Origin: a virus
Reading direction: 5' to 3' (one strand)
Length of the DNA: 5,092 bases
IMG/VR virus record: IMGVR_UViG_3300045988_010371
Span: 1 to 5,092 of that record
In this document: positions 4,932 to 5,092 of the stretch, in pieces
Position numbering within the stretch: position 1 is the first letter of the stretch
Layout of the letters: each line of letters begins with the position of its first letter
The notes under the pieces: generated by a model
What the model saw: the letters and a program-made list of their open reading frames with translations, nothing else
Databases searched by the model: none
What the model was told of the DNA's origin: nothing
Translations under genes and position numbers: made by a program

Positions 4932-4961
4932 GATCGCCCGCTTGCGGCGATCTTTTTTTTT
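4932..4961 (+). terminator. Strong rho-independent terminator closing the VP3 transcription unit.
   Basis: GATCGCC (4932..4938) pairs with GGCGATC (4946..4952). The loop is CGCTTGC and T9 follows at 4953..4961. The T9 run equals window positions 2..10. Confidence 0.8.
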
Positions 4962-5092
4962 AGATATCTCAACGGTTTGCGCACGGGTACACACCGGAAA
5001 CAGTTACGTACTTGATGTAACTGTTTCCGGTGACACCCCGATGCTTGCACGGGTACCGTACGAATCTCTCGTATGTTTGCTTTTCACTGAAC
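4952..5092. repeat. Terminal redundancy, right copy of 1..141.
   Basis: Exact identity to 1..141. Carries duplicate copies of the direct repeats (4981..4990, 5047..5056) and the hairpin (4992..5032). Confidence 0.95.

Noticed and set aside
4923-4952. Three GATC sites within 30 nt (4923, 4932, 4949), a possible Dam-site cluster.
   Set aside because: Two of them are simply the two arms of the terminator stem. By my rough count GATC occurs at about the frequency expected for random sequence across the genome, so there is no evidence of selection for or against it.
1-5092. Scan for tRNA/rRNA genes, CRISPR repeats, IS/transposase or integrase genes, and other tandem repeats.
   Set aside because: Apart from the terminal redundancy and the short repeats listed as features, I found nothing. 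There are no regularly spaced direct repeats, no cloverleaf-like segments and no recombinase-like ORF.

Overview
The window is one complete, circularly permuted genome of a Gokushovirinae-type microvirus (ssDNA phage, family Microviridae). Bases 1..141 are repeated exactly at 4952..5092, so the unit length is 4,951 nt and the ends look like an assembly overlap across a circle. All supported genes are on the + strand, as expected for Microviridae. In circular order they are: VP1 major capsid (278..1942), VP2 pilot/minor capsid (2017..2640), a 40-aa arginine/lysine-rich J/VP8-like DNA-condensing protein (2743..2865), VP4 HUH rolling-circle replication initiator (3149..4066), VP5 (4063..4353) and VP3 internal scaffolding protein (4432..4881). 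Family assignments come from recognising conserved motifs in the translations; no search was run. Between these core genes lie three unannotated short ORFs. One is a 20-aa fully hydrophobic peptide behind the strongest Shine-Dalgarno in the window, placed for coupling into VP2. One is a 32-aa cationic amphipathic peptide coupled by ATGA to the VP2 stop. One is a 76-aa basic ORF that fills the gap before VP4. A 93-aa Leu-rich ORF is overprinted in the +1 frame of the scaffolding gene, which recalls phiX174 E-in-D but is also what composition bias would produce. No recognisable lysis gene is present, so these small membrane-like ORFs are the most interesting targets. The 347-nt VP3-to-VP1 intergenic region is densely structured. 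It holds two hairpins (the second a strong T9 intrinsic terminator), a perfect 16-bp hairpin flanked by 10-bp direct repeats (candidate complementary-strand origin or regulatory site), a weak sigma70-like promoter candidate, and a terminator-like hairpin plus T8 just upstream of VP1. The VP5/VP3 junction carries a 9-bp all-GC stem made of two GCGGCCGC octamers, followed by a second intrinsic terminator. No tRNA, rRNA, CRISPR array, transposase or integrase was seen.
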